NCBI GenBank assembly: GCA_044375625.1
Contig: JBILMH010000001.1
Location: forward strand, 8,667-72,666
DNA length: 64,000 bases
Source: Alphaproteobacteria bacterium
GTDB lineage: Bacteria; Pseudomonadota; Alphaproteobacteria; CAISOG01
Direction of reading: 5' to 3'
The notes below the pieces were generated by a model, which saw only the letters and a program-made list of their open reading frames with translations, searched no databases and had not been told where the DNA came from. This document shows positions 60,625-64,000 of the stretch, in pieces. Within the stretch, counting starts at the first letter, position 1, and every line of letters begins with the position of its first letter. The position numbers were made by a program, and so were the translations under genes.

Positions 60625-62067
60625 TTAGGGTTGTGCCGATGGTGACGACGATGCGTTAGGCTTGGCCACTGGGGATGCGCCATTCACTTGCTGGAATTTC
60701 GACAAACCCCGCAACAGATCGACAGCCCGTGACAGCTGATAATCCTCAGCATCCTTGGCACCGCTGTTATCCTGGGCGGCGGGCGCATCGTCAGCGGGCG
60801 TCGCCTTGCTGGCACCGCTATCTTTGCTATCACCCTTGCTATCCCCTTTGCTACCGCCCTCTTTCGGCTGATTTTTCAGCTGATCGTTGTTGAGGGCGCC
60901 TGGCAAATCGGCTTCGCGTTTGCGTTTGGATTCATCCATCAATTCCACCTTGGCGGGCGGAACGGTGATGTCTGGCTCAATCCCCGTGTTTTGAATCGAA
61001 CGGCCAGATGGGGTGTAGTAGCGGGCGGTCGTCAACCGCATGGCACCATGACCGGGCAGGGGGATAACGGTTTGCACCGAACCCTTACCAAAAGATTTGC
61101 TGCCCACCACCACGGCGCGATGATGATCCTGCAACGCGCCCGCCACAATTTCGGCGGCGGATGCGGAACCGCCGTTAATCAACACCACCATGGGAACATT
61201 CGGGAACAGTTCGCCCGTTTTGGCAAAAAAGCGTTGCCCTTCCTCTTTTTTACGGCCACGGGTCGACACAATCTCCCCCGCGTCCAAAAAGTCATCCGAC
61301 ACGCTGACCGCCTGATCCAACAGGCCGCCAGGATTGTTGCGCAGATCCAGCACCAAACCGGTCAGGCCATTTTTGTTGGCATGTTTCAGCTCTTCAGCAG
61401 CCTTTCTGATCCCAACCTCAGTCTGTTCATTAAAGACGGTTACGCGCAGATAGCCAACATCCTGAATCATGCGGGAACGCACCGACACAATTTTGATGAC
61501 CGCGCGGGTCAGGGTGACATCAAAAGGTTCCTTGGTACCACGACGAATGCTAAGTTTAATCGCGCTGCCCGGTTGGCCACGCATTTTCTCCACCGCGTCG
61601 TTCAACCCCATCCCCATCACGGGTTGACCATCCAGGTGGGTAATCAGGTCGCCAGGTTGCAAGCCAGCCTTAGCCGCGGGGGTATCATCAATCGGCGACA
61701 CCACCTTAACCAGGCCGTTATCCTGTGTGACTTCCAGGCCTAACCCCCCAAAGCTGCCACGGGTTTGCACCTGCATGTCACGAAAATCGTCTTCGTTCAT
61801 ATAGCTGGAATGGGGATCCAGGGATACCAACATGCCGTTGATGGCGTTTTCCATCAATTTCTTATCGGTTACTTCCTCAACGTAATCATCCCGCACCTTA
61901 TTGTACACATCGCCAAACAGGTTCAGTTGTTCGTACAAATCGGCATTGCCGGTGGTGGGCGTTTTGGCGGGCGTTTCGGCCGCCGCCGCGGGTTGGATAG
62001 CCAGACCATTAACCAGACCAAGAAACAGCACAAGAAACAAAAGATTCGATTTCACGATTACACTCAC
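60625..62067 (-). CDS. ctpA: carboxy-terminal processing protease (S41A)
   Basis: PDZ domain plus the S41 catalytic region (…VVLINGGSASAAEIVAGALQDHHRAVVVG…). Confidence 0.9.
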   Translation of the reverse strand: MSVIVKSNLLFLVLFLGLVNGLAIQPAAAAETPAKTPTTGNADLYEQLNLFGDVYNKVRDDYVEEVTDKKLMENAINGMLVSLDPHSSYMNEDDFRDMQVQTRGSFGGLGLEVTQDNGLVKVVSPIDDTPAAKAGLQPGDLITHLDGQPVMGMGLNDAVEKMRGQPGSAIKLSIRRGTKEPFDVTLTRAVIKIVSVRSRMIQDVGYLRVTVFNEQTEVGIRKAAEELKHANKNGLTGLVLDLRNNPGGLLDQAVSVSDDFLDAGEIVSTRGRKKEEGQRFFAKTGELFPNVPMVVLINGGSASAAEIVAGALQDHHRAVVVGSKSFGKGSVQTVIPLPGHGAMRLTTARYYTPSGRSIQNTGIEPDITVPPAKVELMDESKRKREADLPGALNNDQLKNQPKEGGSKGDSKGDSKDSGASKATPADDAPAAQDNSGAKDAEDYQLSRAVDLLRGLSKFQQVNGASPVAKPNASSSPSAQP

Positions 62068-62525
62068 TTAGTGGAACAATTCACCCCAGCGCCGACAGCG
62101 CCAAGCCAACCTTATTTTCAGAACGACAGGCCAGCTTTGATGTCATAGCTTAACACAACGCATTTGGGTAGTCATTCTTTACCGCGTCATCATCATAAAC
62201 AACCGTTAAAATTCCTTTAAGATTGTTTGTTTTTGTTTTGTTGGTGCTGCCCTGTTATCGTATAAAAATTGTCGATCATGGTTGGCCATGATTCCCCGCT
62301 GTTTTGGGGCAGGATGGGGACAGGATGGTTGGGTAGTCGTCTCCAACCCCGTCTTAAATCCTAATGATTTTTCGAAGATCTGATATGTAATAGTAAATGA
62401 TAAAAAAAATTACAATAAAAAATTCACGGAAAAGTCGGTTACTTAATAATTAGTGCTTTTTTAAATATAAAAAGGGGCTGAAACCTAACATAAGAAAGGA
62501 ATTTTATTAGGTGTCATCCCCAAAT

Positions 62526-63197
62526 TTATCTTAAATTCGTATTTCTGAATTGTCCGACATTCCATTCAATTTGAGTGTTTTGTGCTGATGCAGCTTGGCG
62601 TTTTTGTGCTTTTCTTAAGCCTTCTTCATCCAAGGCATTAACATAGGTTTTTGAATCCAAAGTAGTAATAAAAGCTTGTCTAGCTGCCTCATCATTATAA
62701 ATAGCAAATTGCACATTCATTTTTCCACCTGCGAGACTAAATTGATGCAACGCAGACATCATTGTTCTGGCTGACTGTTCATCGGTAAGTTCGCCCAAAA
62801 AGCCTGTTCCCATAGCAGGTACAGCAATAGATTGAAGTTGGTGTTCTTCTGCAATTTTTAAAGCATTATAGAAACCTGTTTGAACAACTTTAAACTCATT
62901 GTTTTTTCCAGAACATACAGAGGCCACATGAATATGATATCTTGCGTTTCCGCCTCCCTCAGTTAACAGTACCGTCCCAAAATTCTGAGGCCCCGTTTCG
63001 CGCAAAAAGCGTCGATATAAATCTAGCCCATTTTTACCACCTGCTTTTTCTATTGCGCCTGCAACACCATCATCTGATGCCTTATCGTTGAAGTGTGGGA
63101 TTATATATGCATCAACAGCTAATCTTGTCATGCTCCCGTCGAATATCGTGACTACATTTTCTTCAACTTTTCCTTCGTGTCCAGAATAAAAGATCAT
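62526..63197 (-). CDS. macro-domain protein (ADP-ribose binding/processing), standalone, in AT-rich pocket
   Basis: Macro motifs: …VDAYIIPHFNDKASDDGVAGAIEKAGG…, …TVLLTEGGGNARYHIHVASV…, …IAVPAMGTGFLG…. GC is ~40%, with AT-rich flanks. Confidence 0.7.
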   Translation of the reverse strand: MIFYSGHEGKVEENVVTIFDGSMTRLAVDAYIIPHFNDKASDDGVAGAIEKAGGKNGLDLYRRFLRETGPQNFGTVLLTEGGGNARYHIHVASVCSGKNNEFKVVQTGFYNALKIAEEHQLQSIAVPAMGTGFLGELTDEQSARTMMSALHQFSLAGGKMNVQFAIYNDEAARQAFITTLDSKTYVNALDEEGLRKAQKRQAASAQNTQIEWNVGQFRNTNLR

Positions 63198-63285
63198 TAT
63201 TTCCTCCTTAAAAAACTATTAAAGATATAATATGCAGAAAAAGATAGGCTGTCAACCATAAATTTGCAAAATTAAATTGTAGTCG

Positions 63286-64000
63286 CTATTTATGTAATAG
63301 CACGCGGCCACTCATCTCGTCGGGAATAGGCAGATGCAGGATGGATAGCACGGTTGGGGCAACATCGGCCAGGCGGGCGGGGTTATCGGCGCTGGCTTTT
63401 TCCGCCGTTGCATAGGCGGCCTGCAAAGCAAAACGATGCTGGTCATCCACCAGGATACAGGGAACCCTGGCCATGCTGTGGCTGGTGGAGGGGGAACCAT
63501 TGGTAACCATGGTATCGGCGTTGCCATGATCGGCGACAATGATCACCACGCCGCCCTGTTGCATGGTGGCGGCCACCACCTTGCCCAATTCTGCATCCAC
63601 CCGTTCCACCGCCTCAACAGTCGCGGGCAGAACGCCGGTATGACCCACCATATCGGGGTTGGCGTAGTTGATGACCACCAGGGCATAATCGCCGCTGGCT
63701 ATACCATCAACCGCCACCTGGGTCACGCCCGCCGCCGACATCGCGGGTTTTTGATTATAGGTTTCAACATCGCGCGGTGAATCTACCAAAATCCATTGTT
63801 CCCCCTCAAAGGCCTGGCGCCGCATTCCATTGAAATAATAGGTCACATGCGGGTACTTTTCCGTTTCCGCGGTGTGCAGCTGCCGCAAGCCGCTCTTCGA
63901 CACCACCTGCGCCAGGGTATTTTCCAGCGGTGGTAGCGGTGACAGCGATGGATAGCTTTCGGTCAGCTTAAGATCCTCAGAGTACAAGGCCATGCCAACC
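63286..64000 (-). CDS. gpmI: 2,3-bisphosphoglycerate-independent phosphoglycerate mutase, C-terminal part (gene continues past window end)
   Basis: C-terminal iPGM region …GGVVIIVADHGNADTM…. The ORF is open to the window edge. Confidence 0.8.
   Translation of the reverse strand, partial: VGMALYSEDLKLTESYPSLSPLPPLENTLAQVVSKSGLRQLHTAETEKYPHVTYYFNGMRRQAFEGEQWILVDSPRDVETYNQKPAMSAAGVTQVAVDGIASGDYALVVINYANPDMVGHTGVLPATVEAVERVDAELGKVVAATMQQGGVVIIVADHGNADTMVTNGSPSTSHSMARVPCILVDDQHRFALQAAYATAEKASADNPARLADVAPTVLSILHLPIPDEMSGRVLLHK

Overview
The window is a gene-dense stretch (~60 ORFs) of a high-GC (~60%) chromosome that reads as alphaproteobacterial. Supporting this: a MucR/Ros regulator, the olsB-olsA ornithine-lipid pair, a phasin, ctpA next to a divergent deacetylase, and an atpD with an Ala/Pro/Lys-rich N-terminal extension. 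The housekeeping backbone includes bioF(partial)-bioH-bioC, a NifU-family protein, degP, clpS-clpA, trpS, murJ, atpD-atpC, ccmF, aroQ-accB-accC, aat, mfd, recA, ilvE, olsBA, miaB, phoH-ybeY-corC, hflKC, apbC, nusB-ribBA-ribE-nrdR-glyA-rpiB, mucR, uvrD, icd, glnA, pyrD, rppH, ctpA and gpmI (partial). Lower-GC pockets that look horizontally acquired interrupt this backbone. They hold three paralogous pentapeptide-repeat proteins; a tightly coupled two-gene cassette (an AlbA_2/Schlafen-like + HATPase_c_4 protein overlapping a long ParA-like ATPase) between accC and aat; a standalone macro-domain protein; a tandem-GNAT gene inside the riboflavin operon; and three type II toxin-antitoxin pairs (higBA and two parDE). 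Two intergenic regions (about 30.1-30.5 kb and 38.4-39.1 kb) carry a shared family of palindromic, MITE/REP-like repeat elements, including a 22-bp x3 tandem and a ~108-bp direct repeat with terminal inverted repeats. I found no rRNA, tRNA or CRISPR array. The most interesting candidate for an undescribed system is the AlbA_2-HATPase / ParA-like cassette. Gene start sites are approximate, and all domain assignments are by eye from motifs, not from searches.
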